The notes below the pieces were generated by a model. The model was given only the letters and a program-made list of their open reading frames with translations, did not search any database and was not told the origin of the DNA. A DNA stretch of 64,000 nucleotides from Candidatus Marinacidobacterales bacterium (GTDB lineage Bacteria; Acidobacteriota; Vicinamibacteria; Marinacidobacterales; SMYC01): contig OZ250169.1 in the NCBI GenBank assembly GCA_965237955.1, positions 4,352,001 to 4,416,000 on the forward strand. The letters are read 5' to 3'. Positions 10,780 through 21,613 of the stretch are shown here, piece after piece (the stretch's first letter is position 1; each line of letters starts with the position of its first letter). The position numbers and the translations under genes were made by a program.

Positions 10780-11295
10780 GTGACCGTCTACCCAGCCCGG
10801 ATGGACGGCTTCGTTTTCTGGATGACGACGTCCGTCCTCGTCGTGCTCGGGTTCATCGTGTTCGGGATTCTGACGGCCGCGGCGACGCGCGCCGGCGGCA
10901 CCATCCTGAACGTCGGGCTGGTGGCGGCGACGATCTTCATCGTCGGCATTGCCGTGTACGCATATGTCTACACTCCGAAGGCGTTTCACCTTGGGGAGGG
11001 CGTGCTCCGGATCGAGCGGCCCGCCGGGGACGTAACGATACCGCTCGCGTCCGTCTCTGAAGTGAAGCCACTCGACGTGTTCCTCGGCCTCTCGCTGAAA
11101 GCACCGCCCGGGGGCAACAGCGGTCTGTTCGGCATTTACGGGACGTTCTATCGTAAGGATATCGGCAAGTATCAGCTATACGGCCGCGCGGCGAATCAAA
11201 CGGTGCTCTTGGTGACGACCCATGGCACGGTCGTTGTGGCTCCGGAGCGACGCGATGAGTTCATCGCTTCCGTGCGACAGGAGATCGGCGCGTGA
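10780..11295 (+). CDS. Membrane protein with bacterial PH-like domain
   Basis: Two TM helices followed by GxxGLFGIYGTF. Confidence 0.65.
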   Translation: MTVYPARMDGFVFWMTTSVLVVLGFIVFGILTAAATRAGGTILNVGLVAATIFIVGIAVYAYVYTPKAFHLGEGVLRIERPAGDVTIPLASVSEVKPLDVFLGLSLKAPPGGNSGLFGIYGTFYRKDIGKYQLYGRAANQTVLLVTTHGTVVVAPERRDEFIASVRQEIGA

Positions 11296-13196
11296 GACGA
11301 GTGCTACTCCTAGCGGCGGCGTGCCTCGTTGGGGCGGCGAGCGCGAGCGCGCGCCCGCGCGTCGTTCTCGTTTCCTGGGATGGAGCCGGCTACGCGATGA
11401 CGTCGCGGCTCCTTGCCGAGGGACGCATGCCCAATTTAACGCGCATGCTTCGAGAGGGAGCGTGGACGGACGGGATGGTTTCCAGCTTCCCCACCAAGAC
11501 CGCCGCGGCACACGCAGTGCTGTTCACGGGCTACTACGGTCACCAGAGTGGCATCACCGGAAACTCGGTCCTCATGCTTCCGGCGTCCGAGCATGATCGT
11601 CTCGAGACCTCGAACGGCTATTTTTCGACGGCTCTTCGAGTGGATCCGGTGTGGGTGCGCGTGGCGCGAGCGGGTCTCGATGCCTACGCCGTGCACGCGA
11701 CCCAGTCGTATCCTTTCGAGACCGCGATTCGAGATCTCGATGCGGACGAACAGAGACACCTCTTTTTGATCCACGGTTATACCGAAGTCCAAGAGCGGGG
11801 CGAGACCTGGAATGAACGCACCGCGCCGCTCAAGTTTCCGTCCGGCTGGGCGATTCCAGAAGCGCACGGTGCCGAGGCGCGCGCGTTTCGTTTCACCGTC
11901 GGGGACACGAGTTTCTGGGGACTTTTCTTCGATGACCCCTTGGACCCCGCGGAGGGCGTGGATACGCTCGGTGTCGTCCGTCATCGCGATGACACCGAGT
12001 TCGAAGCTCGCGTCAACACGGGAACCGACGCTGGGTTTTCGATACCGATCGTTGCTGCGACCTCCGGTACCAACGTCTGGTTCTCGATCCGTGTTTTCGA
12101 AGTCTCGACGAATGCCGATCGGTTTCTCTTGTATCGCTCCGGCGCGGTCGAGATGGCGCTCTCGAACCCGGACACACCGAGGGCGGACCTTCTCGTCATG
12201 CAAGTCTATGCGGGCCACAGCGCGACCCGATCGTACTCGAGGAGTGATTTCGGACCGACACGGAGCGCCGGCGGTGACGGCACTGCCGAAGCTCGTTTTC
12301 ACGAAACACTCGCGCATCTTCAAGAACAAATCATTCGCCAGGCGTCGGTCGCGCTCGACCAAGACTACTCGATCGTTGTGCTCTATAGTCCCGTCACCGA
12401 CGACTTGGCCCACGAGCTGACCGGCCTCGTAGACCCGACCCTCGCCGGCTTTGACCAAGAGCGCGCGGCAGCTCACTGGGAAGATATTGCCAAGGGATTC
12501 GAGCTGCAGGATCGCTATCTGGGCGCTATTCTCGAGGCGGCGGAGCGCGATTCCGCCCACGTGATCGTCGTGAGCGACCACGGGATGGCGGGAACCGATC
12601 GCCTCGTTCATCTCAACGTTGTCCTCGAGCAAGCCGGGCTACTCTCGCTCAACCCCGACCGTTCGATCGATCTTACGGCAACGCGGGCGCTCGCCCTGCC
12701 ACTCGCCGACGCGTCGATCGCGGTCAACACCACCGACCGCGCGGGAGGCATCGTAGTGCCCGAGGAACGCGACGACGTTCTTCGACTCGCTCGCGAAGCT
12801 TTGAGCGCGTTAACGGACCCTGAGACGGGGGAGAGCGTGATCACGGCGTTTTTCGAGCCAGCGTGGAATGGCTTGCTCCAGCCGGGAGGTGCGTCGACAG
12901 GAGATCTCTTCCTCGAGTTTGCGCCTGGCTACTACCCGACGGAGTGGACGGATGGGAAAGAGGTGATAGAGCGAACCGAGCCACGCGGGAACCACATCTT
13001 TGTCCCCACGCGCCGGGAGATGTTGTCGATTTGCGCCGCGTGGGGACCGCGGGTTCGAGCGGGCATCAACTGGGGCAAGGTGCGCTCGATCGATATCGTC
13101 CCCACGGTGCTCGAGCTTCTCGAGCTCGAAATCCCAGCCGACCTGCCTGGCCGAAGCCTCGTTCCCGCCCGAACGCTGCTCGATACGGCCCGCTGA
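11292..13196 (+). CDS. Secreted alkaline phosphatase superfamily / nucleotide pyrophosphatase-phosphodiesterase
   Basis: Signal peptide, VLVSWDG, FPTKT nucleophile region, VVSDHGM, DIVPTVL. Confidence 0.85.
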   Translation: MRRVLLLAAACLVGAASASARPRVVLVSWDGAGYAMTSRLLAEGRMPNLTRMLREGAWTDGMVSSFPTKTAAAHAVLFTGYYGHQSGITGNSVLMLPASEHDRLETSNGYFSTALRVDPVWVRVARAGLDAYAVHATQSYPFETAIRDLDADEQRHLFLIHGYTEVQERGETWNERTAPLKFPSGWAIPEAHGAEARAFRFTVGDTSFWGLFFDDPLDPAEGVDTLGVVRHRDDTEFEARVNTGTDAGFSIPIVAATSGTNVWFSIRVFEVSTNADRFLLYRSGAVEMALSNPDTPRADLLVMQVYAGHSATRSYSRSDFGPTRSAGGDGTAEARFHETLAHLQEQIIRQASVALDQDYSIVVLYSPVTDDLAHELTGLVDPTLAGFDQERAAAHWEDIAKGFELQDRYLGAILEAAERDSAHVIVVSDHGMAGTDRLVHLNVVLEQAGLLSLNPDRSIDLTATRALALPLADASIAVNTTDRAGGIVVPEERDDVLRLAREALSALTDPETGESVITAFFEPAWNGLLQPGGASTGDLFLEFAPGYYPTEWTDGKEVIERTEPRGNHIFVPTRREMLSICAAWGPRVRAGINWGKVRSIDIVPTVLELLELEIPADLPGRSLVPARTLLDTAR

Positions 13197-13720
13197 TTTC
13201 GCGGCCCCAAGGGGAGCTTGGCGATATCTAAATGACCAACAAACCCGAACCCATCCGAACGGCGCGGCTCGATCTCGTCGCGGGCCGCTGACTGCGTTGC
13301 CGCATTGTGGCAGTTCGGTGTAGCCCGCTCGACAGGCTCGCTGCGGAAGCCGGCTCGAAATATCTAGAGATGACTTCGTCGGAGCGCCTTAGCAGCACCA
13401 AAAATAGCCTCGAACGCACGCGCTCACACGTGTGCAGAGACGAGTCACGTGCTCCCTGGGCCCGAACCCGCTTTTCCTGTCGGGCGAATCCCAGCGTTGG
13501 ACATAGGGGGCGAGTGTAGTGACGTCCCAGAACATGCAGCCGCGCATTCCGTTGGTCGTCCCAGCCCTGGTGGTTGCAGCCGTCTGAACAGAGTCCGCGT
13601 GGTCCAACTGCTCCGAAATCAAACATCCGCGTCTTCGCCCTCGTATGGTGTCAACGCCGGCCGAAAACTGCGCATTCATGGCGGATGAAAATTACACACC
13701 CGAGCCATGGGTGGCGAACC

Positions 13721-14560
13721 CTATGACGCCGTCGCCTCCGTGTATTTCCTATGAGATTTAGCCGGCGGGTGAGGTTCGTCCGAACCCGCCGGATGGAGCG
13801 CTCGCCACAGTTCGGAGTGCTCTCTCATGCGGTAACTGTTTCCTCGGATGTTGACGAGGTGGCAGTGGTGCAGAATGCGGTCGATGAGAGCGGCGGCCAT
13901 GACTTCGTCGCCAAGGATCTCGCCCCATTCCTCGAAACTTTTGTTAGAGGTGAGCACGGTCGAAGCGCGCTCGTATCGCCTACTTATGAGCTGGAAAAAA
14001 AGCACCGCGCCGGTCTGGGTGACGGGTAGGTATCCGATTTCATCGACAACAAGCAGTGACGGATAACTGAGAACCGCGAGTCGACGAGTGAGGCGGCCCG
14101 CGTCACGAGCCTCTTCGAGGGAGGTGATGAGCTCAGCCAGGGTGCCGTAATAGACGCGCCGTCCATTCTGGGCAGCGGCGATGGCAAGACTAATCGCGAG
14201 ATGAGTTTTGCCCACACCAGGAGGTCCCAATAAGACGACGTTCTCCTTACGTTCAACGAACCCGAGCTCGTGAAGGTTCTCAATCTGCTCGCGTTTGATC
14301 GATGGCTGGAACGAAAAATCGAACTCATCGATTGTTTTGACCGCGGGGAGTCGTGAGGAGCGCATCGCCGCTTGGAGACGACGGTTGTTTCTCAACGTGA
14401 TCTGCGCTCCAAGAAGGTTCTCGATGGCCTCCGCCGTTGTGACCGCACCGCCATCGGCATCAGATAGTACGCGGTCGACAGCTTCGAGCGCGCCAGGCAT
14501 CTTTAGGTCGGCCAGCATCGTACGGATCTGCTCACGTCGCGATATTGTGCTCGCCTTCAT
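13721..14560 (-). CDS. istB: IS21 helper ATPase IstB
   Basis: GPPGVGKTHLA Walker A, LLVVDEIGYL, LTSNKSFEEW, DRILHH, GNSYR. Confidence 0.96.
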   Translation of the reverse strand: MKASTISRREQIRTMLADLKMPGALEAVDRVLSDADGGAVTTAEAIENLLGAQITLRNNRRLQAAMRSSRLPAVKTIDEFDFSFQPSIKREQIENLHELGFVERKENVVLLGPPGVGKTHLAISLAIAAAQNGRRVYYGTLAELITSLEEARDAGRLTRRLAVLSYPSLLVVDEIGYLPVTQTGAVLFFQLISRRYERASTVLTSNKSFEEWGEILGDEVMAAALIDRILHHCHLVNIRGNSYRMREHSELWRALHPAGSDEPHPPAKSHRKYTEATAS

Positions 14561-15612
14561 TGTCCACCTCCAACGAGCCGCGTGTAGACTTCGAGGGGAC
14601 GATGCTCGACATCCATCGAAGGCAGTGTGGTTAAGCAGGCTTTTGGAGTTCTTCTCGCGGGTTGGTTTGGCAGTACAAGAGAGCGATATGGCCGCTCAAC
14701 GAGCGGTCTCAGAGTGGCCCTTTCACCGCGCGCGAATCGTTCTATCGGTCGTTCGTTGGTTGTGCGATGGAGTCGGACGTTGGCGACGTCACTCAGCCAA
14801 CGCTCGAGCTGAGCATCGAGGTCGTCATCGTTGATAAAGTGGCGACCGTAGAAGAAGCTTCCTCTCACATAGCGGATTGGCCTTTCCACTTTGCCCTTGG
14901 TCTTCGCCCGATACGGGCGACACGCTCTTGTTCGAAACTCCCAGTGGTGGGCGAAGCGGACGAACTCTGGGTTCTCAACGAGAGGGCCACCTTCCCGGCG
15001 GTGATCCTCGACGATGACCGAACGCATCTGGTCAAAAAGGAGCTCTTTGGGAACTCCTCCAAAAAATAGGAAGGCCTGCTCAAGCCCCGCGAACAACGTC
15101 CGCATGTCCTGTCGCTTGAAAAACCGAAGCCATAGCAGCCTCGAGTATCCGAGCACCACGAGAAGTGCCCACCGACGACCCCATGGCAAACGAAAGTGTG
15201 CAAAATCGACCTGAGCTTGGTGGCCTGGTGGGGTCTCGAAACGCACCAGCGGCTCCGCCGGTGGCTGTGGGCGAATCTGCCGCACGTACTCCTTGACCTG
15301 CGTGTAGCCGCCTTCATAGCCCGCGGCACGGATCTCATCATGCAGGCGTACTGAACTCAGCTCCGGGAACTCGTGCAGGCGCGAATGAAGGATCTCCCGG
15401 TACGGGTCGATCCTGCGCTCGATCCGCGGACGCTTCTTGTAGCGCACCGTTTCCTCGTCCAACTCTCGGTCCAGTTGACCCGTCTTTATCCAGTGGTGGA
15501 CCGTTCGGCGGCTGATTCCTAGCTTGTCTGCTAGCGCCGCCTTCTTGATTCCCTGCTCCAAATACTCTCGTAGTAACACTCGTTTCTCCCTTCCGTACAT
15601 CGGCGCCTCCAC
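14557..15612 (-). CDS. istA: IS21 transposase IstA
   Basis: RFETPPGHQAQVDF, LGYSR, PYRAKTKGKVERPIRY. Confidence 0.96.
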   Translation of the reverse strand: MEAPMYGREKRVLLREYLEQGIKKAALADKLGISRRTVHHWIKTGQLDRELDEETVRYKKRPRIERRIDPYREILHSRLHEFPELSSVRLHDEIRAAGYEGGYTQVKEYVRQIRPQPPAEPLVRFETPPGHQAQVDFAHFRLPWGRRWALLVVLGYSRLLWLRFFKRQDMRTLFAGLEQAFLFFGGVPKELLFDQMRSVIVEDHRREGGPLVENPEFVRFAHHWEFRTRACRPYRAKTKGKVERPIRYVRGSFFYGRHFINDDDLDAQLERWLSDVANVRLHRTTNERPIERFARGERATLRPLVERPYRSLVLPNQPARRTPKACLTTLPSMDVEHRPLEVYTRLVGGGQ

Positions 15613-15759
15613 TCCGGAAACGCCATTCTGATTGAAGGCGCGCCGTCATGTCTGGCACTCCAGACACACGACAACGGCCTCCTTTTACGGATGGCCGAGT
15701 GTGCAATTTACGCCCGCCGCTAACATATGGGACAGTCGAGTTTGTTCGGGGGATCGTCG

Positions 15760-15870
15760 TTAGGTGTTCGGATTCGGACACTTTCGGGGTAAGACGGTGT
15801 GAGAGAACTAGTGTTAAGTATTGTGATTGAAAGAGTTGGCTCGAGCACAGCCTTTGGCGTCAAACTTGCT
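15760..15870 (+). promoter_or_regulatory. Sigma54 promoter (15854-15870) with upstream palindromic activator site
   Basis: TTGGCGTCAAACTTGCT has exact GG-N10-GC spacing. Near-palindrome GTGTTCGGATTCGGACAC upstream. A sigma54 response regulator is encoded downstream. Confidence 0.7.
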
Positions 15871-15901
15871 TTTATGAAGGTTGTTCGGGGAGCCTATTAA
15901 T

Positions 15902-16236
15902 ATGGATGTGAAACGGGAAGGCGTCGTCGAAGCGCGCCAGCGCAAACAGCGATCCTGTATGCGGTCGGTGCTGTCCTGTTTCTGATCCATCCTCGCACGG
16001 GTCCTGCAGCTCGAGCCGGCGGCTCCATCGGTCGATCGGTCGCAGGTGTGGATGGACACGGTCGCTCGGGGGCTGATGCGCCGTCAAGTGCGCGGCCCGG
16101 GCACCCTCGTTCCTGTAGAAATCCGCTGGCTCGCCGCGAGCACGGAAGGGCGAGTCGATCGCATCCTCGTGCTTCCGGGATCAAACATGGCAACCGCATC
16201 GTCAGGCTGAAGGACGGGTGGGTCGAGAGAAATTGA
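15902..16236 (+). pseudogene. Deletion fusion of an efflux periplasmic adaptor N-terminus to a MacB/LolD-type ABC ATPase C-terminus
   Basis: MDVKREGV...EPAAPSVDRSQVWMDTVARG..VRGPGTLVPVEIRW..EGRVDRILVLPG, then HGNRIVRLKDGWVERN*. Confidence 0.72.
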
Positions 16237-16237
16237 C

Positions 16238-17606
16238 GTGAACGTGAGCCGCGCGAGTCCAAGGGTCCTCGTCGCCGACGACCAGCCCGACGTGCGCGAA
16301 GCGTTGCGGCTCTTGCTGAAAGCAGAAGGCTACAGCACCGAAGCGGTCGACAATCCGAACGCCATCGTCAAAGCGGTCGAAGGCCAGGATTTCGATTTGC
16401 TGCTGATGGACTTGAACTACACGCGCGACACGACTTCGGGTCGTGAGGGCCTCGACTTGCTCGAGCGATTGCAGAACGTCGATGACACGCTTCCGGTCGT
16501 GGTCATGACCGCTTGGGGAAGCGTCGAGCTGACGGTCGAGGCGATGCGTTCCGGCGCGCGCGACTTCGTGCAAAAGCCGTGGGACAACGCGCGTCTTCTC
16601 AGCATTCTGCGGACTCAGATCGAGCTCGGCCAAGCGCTTCGTCGCGGAGATCGACTCCAGCGCGAGAACGAGCTCCTCCAGCAAGACTCGCCGAAGCTCG
16701 TTGCCGATTCCGCTGCGATGAAGCCGGTGTTGGAGCTCATCGAGCGAGTCGGTCCGTCGGATGCGAACGTACTCATCACCGGTGAGAACGGCACCGGCAA
16801 GGGGGTCGTCGCCCGGCAGTTGCATGCCTCGTCTCGGCGCGCGTCGAGAGCGATGATCCAGGTCAACGTCGGCGGTCTGTCCGAAGGAGTGTTCGAGAGC
16901 GAGCTCTTCGGGCACATGAAAGGCGCTTACACCGACGCCAAGGCCGACCGTGTCGGCCGTTTCGAGCTCGCCGACGGGGGAACGTTGTTTCTGGACGAGA
17001 TTGCGAACGTGCCCCATTCTCAGAAGAGGAAGCTCCTGCGCGTTCTCGAAACCGGGGACTTCGAGCGCGTCGGCTCGTCGAAGACGAAACGTGCCGACGT
17101 GCGGATCCTATCGGCCACCCATTCGAACCTCGGTCAAGACGTGGGCGAGGGACGCTTTCGCCAGGATCTGCTATTTCGGCTCAATACGATCGAGATCCAT
17201 TTGCCGCCGCTTCGCGATCGACGCTCGGACATCAAGCCTCGCGCGACGACGTTTCTCGATCACCACGCGCGGCACTACCGCAAGAATATCGGAAGCTTCG
17301 ACGACAAAGCGCTCTCGGCACTCGAGGATTTTCCCTGGCCCGGCAACATCAGAGAGCTCGACCACGCGATCGAGCGGGCCGTGTTGATGGCGCAAGGGAC
17401 GAACTATCAAGGTCTCGGACCTGGGCCTGCGAGCCGTTTCGGAGGACGATGTTGGTACGCTCGAGGACATGAGCCTCGATGAAGTGGAGCGCCTGCTGAT
17501 CCAAAAGGCGTTGGCTCGATACAATGGAAACGTCAGCCACGCGGCCAAAGCACTCGGCTTGAGCCGCAGTGCTTTGTATCGCCGCATTGAGCGATATCGG
17601 CTGTAG
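16238..17606 (+). CDS. Sigma54-dependent NtrC-family response regulator with a 1-nt frameshift near 17397
   Basis: REC domain, GENGTGK, ELFGHMKGAYTDA, FRQDLLFRLN, WPGNIREL. The Fis HTH (GNVSHAAKALGLSRSALYRRI) is in the shifted frame ending at 17606. Confidence 0.9.
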
Positions 17607-17633
17607 CGTGCTGGGCCGGCTCCCGGCCGCCGG

Positions 17634-18047
17634 TTGTCCCACGACGTTCACATCCTCCTCCTGACGCTCACACTGTTCATCGTTGGTGGCTGGCACGGGT
17701 TCTCGTGCGTGGTCCGGGAGCGCGTGGTCACCCCGCTGCAAACGCTATCGAATCTACTCGCGGCCCTGAGAGAAGGGGACTACTCGATCCGGGCGCGGGG
17801 TGCGAGCACGAAAGAACCTCTCGGCCAAGTCATGCTCGAAGCCAACGTGCTCGGGGAAACGCTCCACGATCAAAGACTCGGGGCGCTCGAAGCGACGAAC
17901 CTTGTCCGTACGGTGATCAGTGGTAGTGGCATCGGCCGCGTCCTCAGTCCCCAAATCGCGGAGGCGCATGGCGGGACGTTGGAGTTGGAGACTCGAAACG
18001 ACCGGCCTGGCTGCATGGCGCGACTAGAGCTTCCAATCCGCACCTGA
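17634..18047 (+). pseudogene. Sensor histidine kinase remnant (HAMP region joined to HATPase tail)
   Basis: PLQTLSNLLAALREGDYSIRAR followed directly by GSGIGRVLSPQIAEAHGGTLEL. HisKA is absent. Confidence 0.75.
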
Positions 18048-18063
18048 TAGAATTCGCGGCACG

Positions 18064-18428
18064 ATGACGCGCATCCTTTTGCCCACCGACCTTTCCGAGT
18101 CCGCCGATCATGCGATGCGGCAAGCTGTCGAGCTTGCCGTGCAACTGCAGGCGCGGCTCGATGTGTTCCACGTTGTCACGCTGCACGCGGCAGACCCTGG
18201 CAAGCTGAAAGACTCCCTCGAAGAAAAACGCTCTACGACGGGCCGGGCGAGCTCGTCGTCACCGAGGGCGAAGCGGCCCAGGAGATTCTCGACGCGGCCG
18301 CAAGCCGCAAGGTACAGATGATCGTCATGGGAACGCGCGGGCTCAGCGGTCTCGATCACGTGCTCTTGGGAAGCGTGACCGAGAGAGTGATTCGAAAGGC
18401 CAAAGTTCCCGTTCTTGCAGTGAAATAG
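18064..18428 (+). pseudogene. Universal stress protein, frameshifted/deleted
   Basis: RILLPTDLSESA N-terminus. MIVMGTRGLSGLDHVLLGSVTERVIRKAKVPVLAVK lies in another frame. Confidence 0.8.
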
Positions 18429-18463
18429 CGTCGTCTGACTCACCTGTGGGGGTGTGCTCCGAC

Positions 18464-18480
18464 TTGGTACGGAGCCTGCA
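18464..18480 (+). promoter_or_regulatory. Probable sigma54 promoter
   Basis: TTGGTACGGAGCCTGCA (GG-N10-GC), about 27 bp upstream of the USP start codon. Confidence 0.55.
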
Positions 18481-18506
18481 CTGTTTCTTATCGGAGAACA
18501 AAGGCG

Positions 18507-19418
18507 ATGATCCGATTCAAGCGTATCCTCTGCCCCACGGATTTTTCGAAGTTTTCGTTTCGTGCTGCTGACTACGCGGTCGCGTTAGCGAAGCACTACG
18601 ATGGCGAGGTGCACTTTGTTCATGTCGTGCCCGAAGTGCTGCTCCATCCGGACCAATATCCCTATCTGGTCGAGCCGGTGCGCACCGAACCCGAAGTACG
18701 ACAACGCGCTCATGATCGCCTCGATGCTTTTGTCGCGCTGACCCGTGCGGAGCAGATCCGATCGCGCTTCAGCGTGAAAGAAGGCGCGCCGGTGACGACG
18801 ATTATGAGCTCGGCAGAGGACGCCGACGCCGATCTCATCTGTCTTGGAACGCATGGCCGAGAGGGCTTCGAGCGGTTGGTGCTCGGTTCGGTCGCCGAAA
18901 AAGTCCTCCGCAAAGCCGCGTGCCCGGTACTGACGATCTCCGAACCGGGCGAGGAAGGTGTGATTCAGCCTGCGGTTTTCCGGAGCATCCTTTGCGCCGT
19001 CGACTTTGCGCGACCGTCGCTGCGCTCGCTCGACTACGCTCTGTCGCTCGCCCAGGAAGCCGGCGGTAAGCTTCTTCTCCTCAACGTGGTGGAATGGTTT
19101 TCCGAAGAGCCCGGGTGGGAGACTCAATTCAACGTCGACGCGTACCGCACCGAGATGGAGAACAACGTCCGCAAACGCCTGGACGAGGTCGTTCCCAAGG
19201 AGGCTCGCGATTGGTGCGACAACGAGACGGTTGTCAAGTCGGGCAAACCCTACCGAGAGATCCTCCGGCTCGCGCACGAGCGGAGCGTCGACCTCGTGGT
19301 CATGGGTGTGCGCGGGCGCAATCCGCTGGATATGATGCTCTTCGGTTCGACGACCACACACGTCGTACGACATGCGGAGTGCCCCGTCCTTACGATCGCG
19401 GGAGGTGAGCGCCAATGA
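18507..19418 (+). CDS. Tandem-domain universal stress protein (intact)
   Basis: Two USP domains: ILCPTDFS..GTHGREG..LGSVAEKV and ILCAVDF..GVRGR..FGSTT..CPVLTI. Confidence 0.93.
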   Translation: MIRFKRILCPTDFSKFSFRAADYAVALAKHYDGEVHFVHVVPEVLLHPDQYPYLVEPVRTEPEVRQRAHDRLDAFVALTRAEQIRSRFSVKEGAPVTTIMSSAEDADADLICLGTHGREGFERLVLGSVAEKVLRKAACPVLTISEPGEEGVIQPAVFRSILCAVDFARPSLRSLDYALSLAQEAGGKLLLLNVVEWFSEEPGWETQFNVDAYRTEMENNVRKRLDEVVPKEARDWCDNETVVKSGKPYREILRLAHERSVDLVVMGVRGRNPLDMMLFGSTTTHVVRHAECPVLTIAGGERQ

Positions 19419-19486
19419 CAGAGTTCGCAAAAATTCTATGCCCGGTCGACTTCTCCGACAATTCCCAGTTGGCCGCGGAGGAGTAA
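19415..19486 (+). pseudogene. USP N-terminal stub (23 aa)
   Basis: [23 protein letters not shown], coupled to the previous gene by ATGA overlap. Confidence 0.7.
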
Positions 19487-19490
19487 CGCA

Positions 19491-19705
19491 TTGTTCGAAC
19501 GTATCCTTGTTCCCGCCGACCTCACCGAAAGGAACCGTGAAGCCGTCGCGATGGCGAGTCGCGTGGTGGCGCCGAACGGAAGCATTTGCCTGCTGCACGT
19601 GATCCAGACGATTCCGGGTGTAGGCGTGGACGAAGAAAAAGAATTCTACGAGAGGCTGGAGCAAAAGGCATCGACGTTTCTCGGGGAGCAGGGCAATGAG
19701 CTCGT
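19491..19705 (+). pseudogene. USP, 3'-truncated
   Basis: MFERILVPADLT..CLLHVIQTI. The GxxG/GS C-terminal motif is missing. Confidence 0.7.
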
Positions 19706-19843
19706 GGTCTCTTCAAAGCTGGCGGAGCCGAAGCCGCGGCAACGCCAACCCCGTAACCGCAGGTGCGGCCAATACGAAAGCGAGCGCGAAACCTCGATGT
19801 GCGGTTGGACCTTCATCCTTGCGAGCCTTTCCTGCAACCGCGA

Positions 19844-21124
19844 TTAAAGCGCGTGACAATACAACCGGTAGACGTGCACTTGCTTGGATACGAACGCCCC
19901 CGAGATCCCGGCCAGGAAGACTCGCTTGGCACGAAAGACTCGCTCACCCACCAACCGCACCATCTCCGACCGATTGGCCATCATCCGTTCGTACCACGCC
20001 GCCGTCGTCTTGGCATAGTGCGCTGAGAGGTTGACGGCGCGTTGTACTTCGAACCCGTTCCGCTCGAGGGCGCGCACATGGGTGCCGAAGGTGAACCAAT
20101 GAAAGCCCGGCCACATGTATCGTTTGTTGAACGCGAGGCCAACCTGGAGATCGTGAGGGGTCGAGTCATGCGCGATCATGATGGCGTGATGAACGTATCT
20201 TCCACCACTTCGCATAAGGGTGCGGACCCTTCGTATATAGGGCACTAAGCCGCGTGGCCCGACGTGACTCACCATCCCCACCGAGCTGACGTGATCGAAG
20301 ACGCGAGACTCCTCACGATAATCTCCTTCGTGAAGCTCCCACCTGCCACGATCGTAACCTTCGAGTGAGGCCGTGCCCAACTTCGCCTGGTTCGAGGAGT
20401 GTGTCCAGCCGACCACCTTTCCGAACGGAGCCGTGTCCAGAGCGACCCTCAGCTGACCGCCATACCCGCAGCCGACGTCGAGGTAGGTTTCGCCTGCCGC
20501 GGGGGCGATGAAATCGACGACGACGTGGAACTTCCGCCATTGGGCCTTCTCGAGAGAATCGAAAGCGTCGTCCCTTCCGGTCCCCACGCGCAGGAGCTCG
20601 TCCCGTCCGAGGATCTCCGGATTCTCGAACATGGCGCAGGAATAGGACCGGTAGCTCTCGTCCAGGTAGAGATCGAGGGCCTCTTGAGGGATGTCGTAGT
20701 GGCTCTGGACATTCAACCGCGCCCGGACCTGGTTCTGGAACGCATTGTTTTTCAACATCGTCCAGAGACCGTGGAGGAATTTCATGGGAAATATTCCCGT
20801 TTGTGCAATATCAGACAGGATATAGAGATTCCCGTCGAGGTCCACTTCTCCTTTCAGGAAGCACTCGAGGAAACGGAACGCGTCGAGAGCCAAAAGCTTC
20901 CCGCCGGCGCGATCGCTCTTGATGGTGATTGTGAGCGGCTCGCCGCACCAATGCTGATGCTCGCCTCCGATTGCATACGTGGCGCCCGTCCAGTCGTAGA
21001 TCAGAATCGCCCACGGAAACTTCGAGAACCGGGTCTCGAGCATCTCACGAAGTCTCTCCGCACGGTCGCGTCGATGAAACGTCCAAGTCGGAAACCGCGG
21101 CACTCTCTGGGATTCTTCCGTCAT
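19844..21124 (-). CDS. cfa: Cyclopropane-fatty-acyl-phospholipid synthase family methyltransferase
   Basis: NVQSHYD, YSCAMF, LEKAQWRK, LDVGCGYG, SVGMVSHVG, HYAKT..W. Confidence 0.85.
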   Translation of the reverse strand: MTEESQRVPRFPTWTFHRRDRAERLREMLETRFSKFPWAILIYDWTGATYAIGGEHQHWCGEPLTITIKSDRAGGKLLALDAFRFLECFLKGEVDLDGNLYILSDIAQTGIFPMKFLHGLWTMLKNNAFQNQVRARLNVQSHYDIPQEALDLYLDESYRSYSCAMFENPEILGRDELLRVGTGRDDAFDSLEKAQWRKFHVVVDFIAPAAGETYLDVGCGYGGQLRVALDTAPFGKVVGWTHSSNQAKLGTASLEGYDRGRWELHEGDYREESRVFDHVSSVGMVSHVGPRGLVPYIRRVRTLMRSGGRYVHHAIMIAHDSTPHDLQVGLAFNKRYMWPGFHWFTFGTHVRALERNGFEVQRAVNLSAHYAKTTAAWYERMMANRSEMVRLVGERVFRAKRVFLAGISGAFVSKQVHVYRLYCHAL

Positions 21125-21216
21125 GTTCCACCTCCTCTCGATTGGCCGGATCAGGACTCTCCTTTTTCCAGTTGGAGGTCCGACGCCACCTATCGCGCGA
21201 GAATAGGGGCCAACAA

Positions 21217-21452
21217 CTGCTGCTAGATATCTGTTTCTATTTACTTATATCTGTTCAGTTTGATCAGATTTCTGATTTCTTGACATACTCCTAACATTTT
21301 ACTTATGCTGCTGATCCCGTGAAAGCGCTGCACTGCACACGCCCAACGACGCTCAGCCACAAGATACAGCTCGATCCTACACCGCAACAGGAAGTCTACC
21401 TCTATGAAGCAGGAACTTGGGCCTGATCAGATTTGAGGTTTCGGAGAGCGGG
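21217..21452 (+). mobile_element. Internally deleted IS607/TnpB-type non-autonomous element
   Basis: AT-rich left end, TGATCAGATTT directly repeated at 21261 and 21424, TnpB-like N-terminal peptide LSHKIQLDPTPQQEVYL, right end AAGCAGGAA...GAGAGCGG. Confidence 0.6.
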
Positions 21453-21613
21453 ACCCCTAGTTGAAGAATCCAAATGCCCTAGGACTTTGCCCGCCCGCCG
21501 CAGACGTTCTCTGGCTGGCACATGGCGCGTCGAAACGCCCGCCTCGTCGACGAAATGACACAGCCGTGGCCCGCCAACGTACGACAACGGACGGTCAAGG
21601 CCAGCGAGCATAG

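Larger units (their letters stand above)
13649..15725 (-). mobile_element. IS21-family element, 2077 bp
   Basis: Imperfect IRs TGTCAACGCCGGCCGAAAACTG and TGTTAGCGGCGGGCGTAAATTG. 5-bp TSD TATGG at 13644-13648 and 15726-15730. Confidence 0.95.

Noticed and set aside
13200-13648. Gene interrupted by IS21
   Set aside because: No recognisable protein in any frame, and no ORF reassembles across the TSD.
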